This document shows, piece by piece, positions 10,321 to 20,322 of a stretch of DNA of 64,000 bases. Position 1 is the stretch's first letter, and each line of letters begins with the position of its first letter. A program made the position numbers and the translations under genes. The stretch spans positions 9,658 to 73,657 of the forward strand of contig CANHHX010000003.1 of NCBI GenBank assembly GCA_947461125.1, read 5' to 3'. The notes beneath the pieces were generated by a model, which was not told the DNA's origin, made no database searches, and saw only the letters and a list, made by a program, of their open reading frames with translations. This DNA is from Bacteroidota bacterium. Lineage in GTDB: Bacteria > Bacteroidota > Bacteroidia > Chitinophagales > Chitinophagaceae.

Positions 10321-12956
10321 AAAAATGGTTTATAATACTACTCGTTAGCGCTTGTGTTACCACTGCGCATGCATCACATATTTCGGGTGGTGAGATGTAT
10401 TATACCTACCTCGGCAAATCACCCACCGATGCCAACAAATTAAGATACGCTATTACCCTTTTATTATACAAAGACACCACCGTTACGGGACCTACCGTAG
10501 CATCACTATTAAGTAATTATAATATTTCTATTTATAGAGGCGACAACAACGCACTCGTTGGTAATTATGTGCTGAGCAGAAAGAGTTATGACTTTATGAA
10601 ACTAAGCACCTACGATAAATGCTTGTCTAGTTTTCCACGTGTAGAGTTTGCTGTTTCGGCTTATGAAGTAGTAGTAGATTTAGATCCTAATGCCGATGGT
10701 TATTTTGCAAGTCATTCGCAGTGTTGTAGGGTAAGTGGCGTATTAAATATGAACTCTAACACCGTGGGTACTAGCTACTGGGTAAAATTTCCGGGCATCA
10801 ACAACAATCCATTTGCACCCGAAAATTCAAGCGCTACATTTTTAAAAAAAGATACCATCCTTGTTTGTGTATCCTCGCCCCTCCAACTCGATTTTAGCGC
10901 AGTAGATCCAGACAAAGATTCGTTAGTATATTCATTTGCACCCGGCTATATTGGTGCAGGACCACCGCCCAATCAATTGCCACTTCAATCAGACGCACCA
11001 CCCTACAACACCGTATCTTACTTTGGAGGATTTAGTTTTGATAGACCTTTTGGAAATACCTCCACACAAATCAATGCAAAAACAGGATTGGTTTCCGGCA
11101 GAGCACCAGCAATTACGGGCATTTATTTAATAGCAGTAAAAGTAGAAGAATACCGAAACGGTAAAAAAATTAGTGAGCACCAAAAAGAATTTCAAGTAAA
11201 GGTTGAAAATTGTTCGATAACCGCCGCCGAATTAAAACCACAGTATGTTTCTTGCGATGGATTTACACTTAGGTTCGAAAACGAATCTACAAGTCCTAGC
11301 ATCAATGGCTATTTATGGAATTTTGGAGATGGCGCTACCAGTGTATCTACCTTACCTACGCCGACACATACCTATAAAGACACGGGTACTTATGTTTTAA
11401 AATTATTAGTAACAAGCACCGGTGGTTGTCAAGACTCTACCACATCCATAGTAAAAGTATACCCTACTTTTAAAACAGATTTTTCGGTTACTGGAACCTG
11501 CGTACTTAATAATTATGCATTCAAAGATTTAACCAGCAGCAGATATGGTATTGTAAATAGTTGGCGCTGGAGTTTTGGCGATGCTGCTAGCACTGCTGAC
11601 AGCGCTAGCACAAAAGATACGGTTTGGAAATATAGTAGTGCGCAAAAAGCAACCGTCACACTTATTTCAACCAATAACAAAGGTTGCATAGACACCCTCA
11701 CCAAACAAATTGATATTTTAGATAAACCACAAATCAATCTTCCATTTAAAGACACGCTTATTTGTAGTAACGATACCCTTCCCTTAAAAGCGGTGATTAG
11801 TAATACAACCTCCATTAGCTGGGTGCCTGGTAACAATGTCAATAAATTAAGAATTATTGGCGCAAATACTGCAAACCCTACTGTGTATCCAAATGATAGC
11901 ACCAAATATTATGTAACAGTAATGGACAATGGATGTACTTCCACAGATAGTGTGATGGTCAACGTACTTCAATTTATTAAAGTAGATTTAAAAACAGATA
12001 GCACCATATGTAGGGGCGATAGTTTTGCATTAGCACCCACTTCTTTTGCACTTTCTTATATATGGCGTAGCTCTGGTGGAGATGTAGTAGACCCACTTAA
12101 AAATCCAATTGTAAAACCGTTAAGTAACACCCAGTATTTTGTAACAGCCAATTTAGGAAAGTGTCAAGACAAAGATTCGATACTCATTAAAGTAGTGGCT
12201 ACACCTGCCGTTACTGCAACACCCGATACTACCATTTGTTTTGGTACGACGCTCCCTTTACAAGCAACCATTAGTGCTAGTAAATTTTCGTGGAGCCCTA
12301 CTAGTAGTTTAACGGGCTTTAATACCCTACGCCCTGTGGCAAGGCCTGTAAATTCTACAAACTATGTGATTGCCGTTTCTGATACACTTGGTTGTCCAAA
12401 AATTGTTACCGATACCATTCGTGTAACCGTTGTGCCGCGCATTATTCCAAATGCAGGAAACGATACCATTGCTGTTATTGGAAAACCCATGCAACTTGCC
12501 GCCAGTGGTGGTCTTAGCTACTTATGGACCCCTTCTACCTTTTTAAACAACCCGCTCATTGCCAACCCGGTATTTACAGGTGTAGCAGGAACCGACTCTG
12601 TTGTTTACACCGTGAGGGTATTTACACAGGCTGGCTGCTACGCCGAAGACAATGTTACCGTTACCATCTTTAACGGTATTTCAAACATATGGGTGCCTTC
12701 TGGATTTACACCTAATAAAGATGGCAAAAATGATATTTTAAGACCCATCACAAAGGGCATCAAACAATTGATTCATTTTAATGTTTTTAATAGATGGGGG
12801 CAACTCATTTATTCCACCAACCGTATGGGTGAGGGTTGGGATGGAACTTATAAAAATGAATTACAACCAAGTGGTGCCTATGTGTATGAAGCAGTAGGCA
12901 TCGATTACGCAGATAAAAAAGTTTACACCAAGGGAACAAGTGTTATTATCAGATAA
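10317..12956 (+). CDS. PKD-domain surface protein with T9SS type-B (gliding motility-associated) C-terminal sorting domain
   Basis: Signal peptide then ASHISGGEM; WNFGDG/WSFGD PKD motifs; Cys-containing Ig-like repeats; C-terminal VPSGFTPNKDGKND...VFNRWG...GWDG...KGTSVIIR. Confidence 0.9.
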   Translation: MKKWFIILLVSACVTTAHASHISGGEMYYTYLGKSPTDANKLRYAITLLLYKDTTVTGPTVASLLSNYNISIYRGDNNALVGNYVLSRKSYDFMKLSTYDKCLSSFPRVEFAVSAYEVVVDLDPNADGYFASHSQCCRVSGVLNMNSNTVGTSYWVKFPGINNNPFAPENSSATFLKKDTILVCVSSPLQLDFSAVDPDKDSLVYSFAPGYIGAGPPPNQLPLQSDAPPYNTVSYFGGFSFDRPFGNTSTQINAKTGLVSGRAPAITGIYLIAVKVEEYRNGKKISEHQKEFQVKVENCSITAAELKPQYVSCDGFTLRFENESTSPSINGYLWNFGDGATSVSTLPTPTHTYKDTGTYVLKLLVTSTGGCQDSTTSIVKVYPTFKTDFSVTGTCVLNNYAFKDLTSSRYGIVNSWRWSFGDAASTADSASTKDTVWKYSSAQKATVTLISTNNKGCIDTLTKQIDILDKPQINLPFKDTLICSNDTLPLKAVISNTTSISWVPGNNVNKLRIIGANTANPTVYPNDSTKYYVTVMDNGCTSTDSVMVNVLQFIKVDLKTDSTICRGDSFALAPTSFALSYIWRSSGGDVVDPLKNPIVKPLSNTQYFVTANLGKCQDKDSILIKVVATPAVTATPDTTICFGTTLPLQATISASKFSWSPTSSLTGFNTLRPVARPVNSTNYVIAVSDTLGCPKIVTDTIRVTVVPRIIPNAGNDTIAVIGKPMQLAASGGLSYLWTPSTFLNNPLIANPVFTGVAGTDSVVYTVRVFTQAGCYAEDNVTVTIFNGISNIWVPSGFTPNKDGKNDILRPITKGIKQLIHFNVFNRWGQLIYSTNRMGEGWDGTYKNELQPSGAYVYEAVGIDYADKKVYTKGTSVIIR

Positions 12957-12964
12957 AAGAAAGT

Positions 12965-13720
12965 ATGAGTAAAACAATTTTAATAACAGGTGCCACTTCT
13001 GGTTTTGGAGAAGCGATGGCGCATGTGTTTGCAGCGGCAGGTAACAAATTAATTATTACCGGCAGAAAAGAAACGCTATTAGCTACCTTAAAAGAAACCC
13101 TTGTTTCAAAACACAATGCTACCGTGCATACGTTATGCTTTGATGTACAAAATAAAGAAGCTGTTTTTGCAGCTATAAATACAATACCAGATGCTTTTAA
13201 AAATATTGATATACTCATTAATAATGCTGGTTTAGCACTGGGTCGCGACGCTTTTCAGGACGCCAATTTAGACGACTGGGAAACCATGATTGACACCAAC
13301 GTAAAGGGACTCCTCTACGTGAGTAAAGCAGTACTTCCTCTACTCATCAACAATAAAAAAGCGCATATTATTAATATTGGTTCTACAGCTGGTGTAGAAG
13401 TATACAAAGAAGGAAATGTATACTGTGCTAGTAAACACGCTGTGGCTGCTATTTCAAAATCGATGCGCATCGATTTATTACCACAACACATAAAAGTAAC
13501 GGCCATTCATCCGGGTGCTGCTGAAACTAATTTTAGTAATACTAGATTTAAAGGAGACGGTGCAAAAGCGGCGGCCGTTTACGAAGGATACAAAGCATTA
13601 GAAGCGGTTGATGTTGCAAATGTTGCCTACTATGTTACAACACTTCCCGATCATGTATGTATCAATGAACTTGTAGTTACTTGTACCAGTCAGGCCAATT
13701 CTTTTTATTTACACAAATAA
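12965..13720 (+). CDS. SDR oxidoreductase (YdfG-like)
   Basis: TGATSGFG, NNAG, YCASK. Confidence 0.92.
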   Translation: MSKTILITGATSGFGEAMAHVFAAAGNKLIITGRKETLLATLKETLVSKHNATVHTLCFDVQNKEAVFAAINTIPDAFKNIDILINNAGLALGRDAFQDANLDDWETMIDTNVKGLLYVSKAVLPLLINNKKAHIINIGSTAGVEVYKEGNVYCASKHAVAAISKSMRIDLLPQHIKVTAIHPGAAETNFSNTRFKGDGAKAAAVYEGYKALEAVDVANVAYYVTTLPDHVCINELVVTCTSQANSFYLHK

Positions 13721-13746
13721 AATTGCGCGCTTTTTTCGAAATGTGT

Positions 13747-14739
13747 TTATCCAAAATCAATTTCGGTATTGTCACCAATATTTAAACTACGCGACAAGCC
13801 TTTAACACTCGCGTCACTTCCAATTAAAGAATTGTCAAGTACTACTTCGTGTAAATTGGTGTAGCCACCAATAATACTATCTCTAATAATAGATTGTGTA
13901 ATAGTGGTGTTAGGACCAATGGTTACATGGGGTCCAATAATAGCATTTGAAATGGTGCAGCCTTCTGCAATACTCACCGGATGAACAATAATAGTGTCTT
14001 TATAGATATCTGCTGCGGGTACATGGCCCCCCATCTTTTTTAAGAGCGTTGCATTGGTTTCAAGTATCGATTCCTTTTTACCACAATCAAACCAATTGGC
14101 TACTTTAAATGACCTGAAACGGGTGCCCTTTTGTACCATGCAGGCAAGCGCATCCGTTAAATTGTACTCACCCCTGGTAGTAATATTTTCTACAAAAAGT
14201 TGATGCAAACATTCAAATAAAACAGCTGTTTCATTAATCTTATACAGTCCAACTAGCGCCATATTACTTTTGGGGATGGCTGGCTTTTCTACCAAATGTT
14301 CTATAAAACCATCTTCATCCATAGTAGCCACACCAAAATCGCGCGGATCATCTACTTTTCTTACCCCAATCATACTAACCGGGCTATCAATAATTTCCTT
14401 GACGTCAAAATCACAAATGGTATCTCCAAGAGCCACAAAAATGGGCTCGTCTCCAATGAGTTGCTTGGTTAATTCTACCGCATGACCTGTTCCCTGACGT
14501 TCATTTTGGTAAACAAAATGCGTTGTTAAATTTGGGTAGGTTTGTTTAACGTAATCCTGTATTTTTTCGCCTAGATAACCCACAATAAAAATAAACTCGT
14601 TGATACCCGCATCTCTTAACTGATCCACAATATGCGAGAGAATGGTTTTGCCTGCAATAGGTATTAATGCCTTGGGTTGCGTATACGTAAGCGGTCTCAA
14701 TTTTGTTCCAGCACCAGCTACAGGGATAACAGCTTTCAT
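13747..14739 (-). CDS. Sugar-phosphate nucleotidyltransferase (glucose-1-P thymidylyltransferase-like) with left-handed beta-helix tail
   Basis: VAGAGTKLRPLT.TQPKAL, EKP, WFDCGK; hexapeptide repeats at C-terminus. Confidence 0.88.
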   Translation of the reverse strand: MKAVIPVAGAGTKLRPLTYTQPKALIPIAGKTILSHIVDQLRDAGINEFIFIVGYLGEKIQDYVKQTYPNLTTHFVYQNERQGTGHAVELTKQLIGDEPIFVALGDTICDFDVKEIIDSPVSMIGVRKVDDPRDFGVATMDEDGFIEHLVEKPAIPKSNMALVGLYKINETAVLFECLHQLFVENITTRGEYNLTDALACMVQKGTRFRSFKVANWFDCGKKESILETNATLLKKMGGHVPAADIYKDTIIVHPVSIAEGCTISNAIIGPHVTIGPNTTITQSIIRDSIIGGYTNLHEVVLDNSLIGSDASVKGLSRSLNIGDNTEIDFG

Positions 14740-14908
14740 AACTTGGGGGATTTAAAAAGATTTACCCACATTGATTAGGGGTTCGAAAATAGTAAAATTA
14801 GGCATTATAACAACAATTGTGAATAGTTTGAGGCTTCACGCCTCAATTTGAAGCACCATAATGAAGGCCTTAACTTATCTTTGTACCCAAGCAAAAAAAA
14901 TAGCAACC

Positions 14909-16186
14909 ATGCAAAGAGATACCCTTGTTTTTGACATCATCAACCAAGAATTAGCACGCCAACGTAGAGGCATCGAACTCATTGCTTCTGAAAACTTTAC
15001 AAGTCTTCAAGTAATGCAAGCGATGGGCGGTGTGATGACGAATAAATATGCCGAAGGGTATCCAGGACGCAGGTATTATGGTGGTTGTGAAATTGTCGAT
15101 CAAACAGAGCAATTAGCCATTGATCGTTTAAAGCAAATTTTTAATCTGGAGTACGCCAACGTACAACCACACAGCGGTGCACAAGCCAATGCAGCACTCA
15201 TGCTTGCTATTTTACAACCCGGCGATTCTATTTTAGGATTAGACCTTAGCATGGGCGGTCACTTAACGCACGGATCTGGTGTTAATTTTTCTGGCAAAAT
15301 TTACAAGCCACATTTTTATGGTGTTGTAAAAGAAACAGGCTTAATCGATTATGAAATGCTTGAAGCGCAGGCAAGAGCAGCTAAACCAAAATTAATTATT
15401 TGTGGTGCCAGTGCTTACAGTAGAGATTGGGATTACGCGCGCATCAGAAAAGTAGCCGACGAAGTAGGTGCTTTTGTACTTGCTGATATTGCACATCCAG
15501 CTGGTTTAATTGCAAAAGGTTTATTAAGTTCTCCTTTTGATCATTGCCATTTTGTTACCTCTACTACCCACAAAACTTTACGTGGACCTCGTGGTGGTGT
15601 AATTATGATGAAAAAAGATGGCGAAAACACACTTGGCTTAAAAGACATTAAAGGAAATTTAAGACTATGGTCTAATGTGATTGATATGGCTGTGTTTCCG
15701 GGTACACAAGGTGGACCACTCGAACACGTGATTGCTGCAAAAGCCATTGCGTTTGGTGAAATTTTAACCGACGAGTTTTTAGTATACCAACAGCAGGTGC
15801 AAAAAAATGCGCAAGCAATGGCTAAAAACTTTACCGACAAGGGATATGAAATTATTAGTGGCGGTACCGACAACCACTTAATGCTCATTGATTTACGCAA
15901 CAAAAACATTAGCGGTAAAAAAGCCGAGCAAGTTTTAGGACACGCAGACATTACAGCCAATAAAAATATGGTACCTTACGATGACAAGTCTGCCTTTGTT
16001 ACCTCAGGGATCAGATTTGGTGTTGCAGCTGTTACCACAAGAGGCATGGTTGAATCAGATATGGCTTTTGTTGTAAATGCAATTGATAAAGCGCTGATGA
16101 ACCCAGATGATGCTGCACTTCTCCAAAAATTAAAAGGTGAGGTAAACGAGTTTATGTCTCAATTTGTTTTATACCCTGAGCTATGA
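14909..16186 (+). CDS. glyA: Serine hydroxymethyltransferase
   Basis: [40 protein letters not shown]; start at 14909 downstream of TATCTTTG (14876-14883). Confidence 0.97.
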   Translation: MQRDTLVFDIINQELARQRRGIELIASENFTSLQVMQAMGGVMTNKYAEGYPGRRYYGGCEIVDQTEQLAIDRLKQIFNLEYANVQPHSGAQANAALMLAILQPGDSILGLDLSMGGHLTHGSGVNFSGKIYKPHFYGVVKETGLIDYEMLEAQARAAKPKLIICGASAYSRDWDYARIRKVADEVGAFVLADIAHPAGLIAKGLLSSPFDHCHFVTSTTHKTLRGPRGGVIMMKKDGENTLGLKDIKGNLRLWSNVIDMAVFPGTQGGPLEHVIAAKAIAFGEILTDEFLVYQQQVQKNAQAMAKNFTDKGYEIISGGTDNHLMLIDLRNKNISGKKAEQVLGHADITANKNMVPYDDKSAFVTSGIRFGVAAVTTRGMVESDMAFVVNAIDKALMNPDDAALLQKLKGEVNEFMSQFVLYPEL

Positions 16187-16593
16187 TACAACGCATTCAA
16201 ACCCTATGGTTACTGTTAGCAAGTATTTGTGCATTTGCATCTGTGAAGCTGCCTTTTTATTTTGGTAGCTTAGAAATCCCAGGACCCACAATTACCATAA
16301 CACCATACGATCATTTTATGTTACTCGTATTTGTAATCGCTACGGGGCTCGTTGCACTAATCAATATTTTTTTGTACAGCAATAGAAGCCTGCAAATTAA
16401 AATAAGTGTAGTAGGACTTTTATTAGGGATTGTAAATCTTATGCATTACTTCCTCTATATGCGAGGCTTTAAATCAGGAGGACTATCCCTCTATTCGATT
16501 TTTAGTTTTTTAGTACCCGTATTTTTTATACTTGCTATAATAGGGATGTACAAAGATCAGAAGTTGCTCAAAAGCCTAGACCGCTTGCGTTAA
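16183..16593 (+). CDS. DUF4293-like small membrane protein
   Basis: Family-typical ends [10 protein letters not shown]... and ...[13 protein letters not shown]; 4 hydrophobic segments; ATGA overlap with glyA. Confidence 0.8.
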   Translation: MIQRIQTLWLLLASICAFASVKLPFYFGSLEIPGPTITITPYDHFMLLVFVIATGLVALINIFLYSNRSLQIKISVVGLLLGIVNLMHYFLYMRGFKSGGLSLYSIFSFLVPVFFILAIIGMYKDQKLLKSLDRLR

Positions 16594-16624
16594 TAAATAG
16601 CTAACCTTCCATTATTTCAGGCAC

Positions 16625-19504
16625 TTACAAGTATTTAGCGGTATGAGAAGCGGCGCATTTTTTAATACCTAGTGGCACGCCTTCGTACACAACCGTTCCT
16701 CCACCATCTCCTGCTTCTGGCCCCATATCTATAAGCCAATCTGCCGATTTGATAACGTCTGTGTTGTGTTCAATAACAATGAGTGAATGTCCCTGATCGA
16801 TAAGTGCAGAAAAAGAATTGAGTAACTTTTTGATATCATGAAAATGAAGTCCGGTGGTAGGTTCATCAAAAATAAACAGCATTTGACCATGCCCTTTACC
16901 CTTGCCTAAAAAGCTGGCAAGCTTTACACGCTGGGCTTCTCCACCACTTAAAGTATCACTACTTTGTCCGAGTTTAATATACCCAAGCCCCACCGATTGT
17001 AGTGGCAGAATAGCGTTGTAAATATTTTTATCTTCTACAAAAAATTCCAGTGCCTGATCTACAGAGAGTTCCAATACATCAAAAATATTTTTGTCTTTGT
17101 AGTTAACTTCCAATACTTCTTCTTTAAATCTTTTACCCCCACAAGATTCACAAGTAAGGTGCACGTCAGCTAAAAATTGCATCTCTACTACTTGTTCCCC
17201 TTCTCCTTTACAGGTATCACAACGTCCACCATCCACATTAAAAGAAAAATGCTTGGGCATAAAACCACGCATTTTAGAAAGCGGTTGTTTCGAATATAAA
17301 TCTCTAATGCCATCATAGGCTTTTATATAGGTAACGGGGTTGCTTCGTGATGATTTTCCAATAGGGTTTTGATCAATGAGTTCTATTTGAGAAATAGAAT
17401 CGACATCACCAATAAGCTTGCTATGAAGTCCCACTTTATCGGCGGGTTCACCCTTATATTTTTGAAGTGCAGGATATAAAATTTGCTTTACCAGCGTTGT
17501 TTTACCACTACCACTCACGCCACTAATTACACAAAGTGTTTGTAGCGGAAATTTTACAGTAATATTTTTTAAGTTGTTTTGTCTAGCACCTTCTACCCCA
17601 ATAAAACGAGTACTCTTTCTTAATGTTTTTGGCGCTTCGATGGCTAGCGCACCTGATAAATACTTACCCGTTAAGCTATCTGAATTTTTTATAAGCTCGT
17701 TGTAATTACCTGCTGCTACTACTTCACCACCAAGATGCGAAGCAAATGGACCCATGTCAATAATATGATCAGCTTTACGCATAATCATTTCATCGTGTTC
17801 TACCACCACCACCGTATTACCTAAATCGCGTAACGATTGTAGCACACCAATTAGACGCTCCGTATCACGCGAATGAAGACCAATAGAAGGCTCATCTAAT
17901 ATATACAACGAGTTGGTTAAATTACTTCCTAAATTTCTAGTTAATTGTATGCGCTGACTTTCACCACCACTTAACGAATTAGCAAGCCTGTCTAGTGTCA
18001 AATAGCCAAGACCCACGTCTAGTAAGGTTTGTAGGCGCTGGTGGATTTCAATTAAAATACGTTTAGCAACGCTGTTGTCATGCTCCGATAGTACGAGCGC
18101 CTCAAACCATGTTTTCACATCTCTGACAGGCATTTTACATAGTTCACCAATATGTTTACCCCCTACTTTTATGTACAAGGCTTCTTTGCGTAAACGGTAT
18201 CCGCCACAACTTGTACAAGTAGTGCGTCCACGATACCTACTCAATAAAACACGGTATTGAACTTTGTATAAATTTTGCTCAACTTCTTTAAAAAAATCAT
18301 GAATACCATACACTTTACCCACACCATCCCACAGCTGTTGGTACTGGACTTTGGTTAATTGTGCAATGGGTTTATGGATAGGAAAATCAAATTTAGAAGC
18401 CCCTTTAATAAACTGGTCTTTCCACCAACTTAATTTTTCCCCTTTCCAAGGGGCCACCGCACCTTCAAATAAACTCAACCTTGTATCTGGAATTACTAGA
18501 TCTGCGTCTACCCCTAATACCTGACTAAACCCTTCGCAAGTATGGCAGGCACCAAATGGATTGTTAAATGAAAATAAATTAGGTACGGGCTCTTCAAACA
18601 CAATACCATCGAGCTCAAAACGGCTGCTAAAATGTTGCACTTTTTTTGTGTCCACCTCTATGTATACTTCGCCCTCCCCTTCGTAAAAAGCAGTTTGTAC
18701 CGAATCAGAAAGGCGGTGCATATCATCTTCGTCAAAGTCTTTAACCACAACGCGGTCTATGAGTACCCAAGTTTGTGGAATGGACTCGGTAACAGAGGTA
18801 GATTTAGCGAGTGGTAATATTTTTTTTAATGCAGCTGGCGTTTGTTCCATTAGCTCCTCAATGCGCATGATAGGCTCGGGGGCAGCTGCTACATATATTC
18901 TGGTAAATCCTTTTTGTAATAAAATAGTAAGCTCTTCAAGTACCGCTCTGTTTTTATGTTGCTTTAAAGCAACGCCAATTACTACTTTACTATTTTTTGG
19001 AAGGGCACAAATAGCTGCTACTACATCCGATACCTCATCTTTTTTTACTTCTTTGCCACTAACAGGAGAAATGGTTTTGCCTGCTCTTGCAAATAACAGT
19101 CGGAGGTAATCATAAATTTCAGTCATGGAACCCACCGTACTGCGGGGTGTGCGGGTAATTACTTTTTGCTCTACTGCAATAGCTGGGCAAAGGCCTTTAA
19201 TCATGTCCACGTCTGGCTTTTCCATACGGGCCATAAATTGTCTGGCATAGGCACTTAAACTTTCGGCATAGCGGCGCTGCCCTTCGGCAAATAAAGTGTC
19301 AATGGTTAGTGACGACTTACCACTTCCCGAAACGCCCGTTACTACAATAAATTGACCGCGCGGAAATGCCACGCTTACATTTTTTAAATTGTGCACGCGC
19401 GCACCCACCACCTCAATAGCGTCCAGACCCTTTAATGGATCCTTTGCCCCGATTACTTTTGCGCCCTTTACCTCCGCTGTATCTACTTGTTTTTTTGCTG
19501 CCAT
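16625..19504 (-). CDS. uvrA: Excinuclease ABC subunit A (Bacteroidota UvrA paralog)
   Basis: Two Walker A motifs (GVSGSGKS, GVSGSGKT), two LSGGE signatures, CxxC zinc motifs, GARVHNLKN. Confidence 0.95.
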   Translation of the reverse strand: MAAKKQVDTAEVKGAKVIGAKDPLKGLDAIEVVGARVHNLKNVSVAFPRGQFIVVTGVSGSGKSSLTIDTLFAEGQRRYAESLSAYARQFMARMEKPDVDMIKGLCPAIAVEQKVITRTPRSTVGSMTEIYDYLRLLFARAGKTISPVSGKEVKKDEVSDVVAAICALPKNSKVVIGVALKQHKNRAVLEELTILLQKGFTRIYVAAAPEPIMRIEELMEQTPAALKKILPLAKSTSVTESIPQTWVLIDRVVVKDFDEDDMHRLSDSVQTAFYEGEGEVYIEVDTKKVQHFSSRFELDGIVFEEPVPNLFSFNNPFGACHTCEGFSQVLGVDADLVIPDTRLSLFEGAVAPWKGEKLSWWKDQFIKGASKFDFPIHKPIAQLTKVQYQQLWDGVGKVYGIHDFFKEVEQNLYKVQYRVLLSRYRGRTTCTSCGGYRLRKEALYIKVGGKHIGELCKMPVRDVKTWFEALVLSEHDNSVAKRILIEIHQRLQTLLDVGLGYLTLDRLANSLSGGESQRIQLTRNLGSNLTNSLYILDEPSIGLHSRDTERLIGVLQSLRDLGNTVVVVEHDEMIMRKADHIIDMGPFASHLGGEVVAAGNYNELIKNSDSLTGKYLSGALAIEAPKTLRKSTRFIGVEGARQNNLKNITVKFPLQTLCVISGVSGSGKTTLVKQILYPALQKYKGEPADKVGLHSKLIGDVDSISQIELIDQNPIGKSSRSNPVTYIKAYDGIRDLYSKQPLSKMRGFMPKHFSFNVDGGRCDTCKGEGEQVVEMQFLADVHLTCESCGGKRFKEEVLEVNYKDKNIFDVLELSVDQALEFFVEDKNIYNAILPLQSVGLGYIKLGQSSDTLSGGEAQRVKLASFLGKGKGHGQMLFIFDEPTTGLHFHDIKKLLNSFSALIDQGHSLIVIEHNTDVIKSADWLIDMGPEAGDGGGTVVYEGVPLGIKKCAASHTAKYL

Positions 19505-19703
19505 AAATATTACACAATGTAAACAGATTATCGCAGCATAGGTTTAGTTACAGCTTAAATAAAGCCAGATTTTTTTGGGCCTCACACAATTTTTTTTCAA
19601 ATTATTCGATGTGAATAACCAAACACCTCTTTTGCAATGTATCCACAAGCGAGCAACCAGCATAAAAGTTGGCTAATTTGAACTCCGAGAAAGAAAATAG
19701 ACT

Positions 19704-20285
19704 ATGAAAACACTCGAGCAGGTTGCAGATTTAGATTTGATACGTTCCTTTCAAGCCGGTGACACAGAAGCATTTGATGTACTGGTAACACGCTACAAAG
19801 ACCGTATCTACTCCTCTATTTTGTTTTTTGTAAAGGACACTTATTTAGCCGAAGACCTGTTTCAAGACGTGTTTATCAAAATCATTGACACCCTAAAAAA
19901 CAAGCGCTACACCGAAGAAGGTAAGTTTTTACCTTGGGCACTCCGAATTGCACACAACCTATGTGTCGATTATTTTAGAAAAGTAAAGCGTACGCCTGCT
20001 ATCAAAACTTCGGACGATCAGGACATTTTTGAAGTGATCAATGTATCACAAGAAGCGCCGGATCAAAAGCTCATGCGCGGTGAAAGCCACGACAAAGTGC
20101 GCCGCATGCTCGATTTACTTCCAGAAGAGCAAAGAGAAATTATTGTGCTAAGGCATTACGCCAACCTTAGTTTTAAAGAAATTGCTGAAATTACCAATTG
20201 CAGCATCAACACGGCGCTGGGTCGTATGCGTTACGGACTCATCAACCTGCGCAAAATGATGACCGAAAATCAGATGACTTTATAA
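19704..20285 (+). CDS. ECF sigma-70 factor
   Basis: AEDLFQDVFIK...WALRIAHN (region 2); LPEEQREII..LSFKEIAE (region 4). Confidence 0.93.
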   Translation: MKTLEQVADLDLIRSFQAGDTEAFDVLVTRYKDRIYSSILFFVKDTYLAEDLFQDVFIKIIDTLKNKRYTEEGKFLPWALRIAHNLCVDYFRKVKRTPAIKTSDDQDIFEVINVSQEAPDQKLMRGESHDKVRRMLDLLPEEQREIIVLRHYANLSFKEIAEITNCSINTALGRMRYGLINLRKMMTENQMTL

Positions 20286-20322
20286 GTAAGGTCATTTAGC
20301 GCTAGAAAAACCAGGATTCATT

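Noticed and set aside
14762-14846. Origin of replication suggested by DnaA-like 9-mers near glyA
   Set aside because: Only two mismatched boxes and a small hairpin in a 170-bp spacer; no dense box cluster or clear unwinding element.
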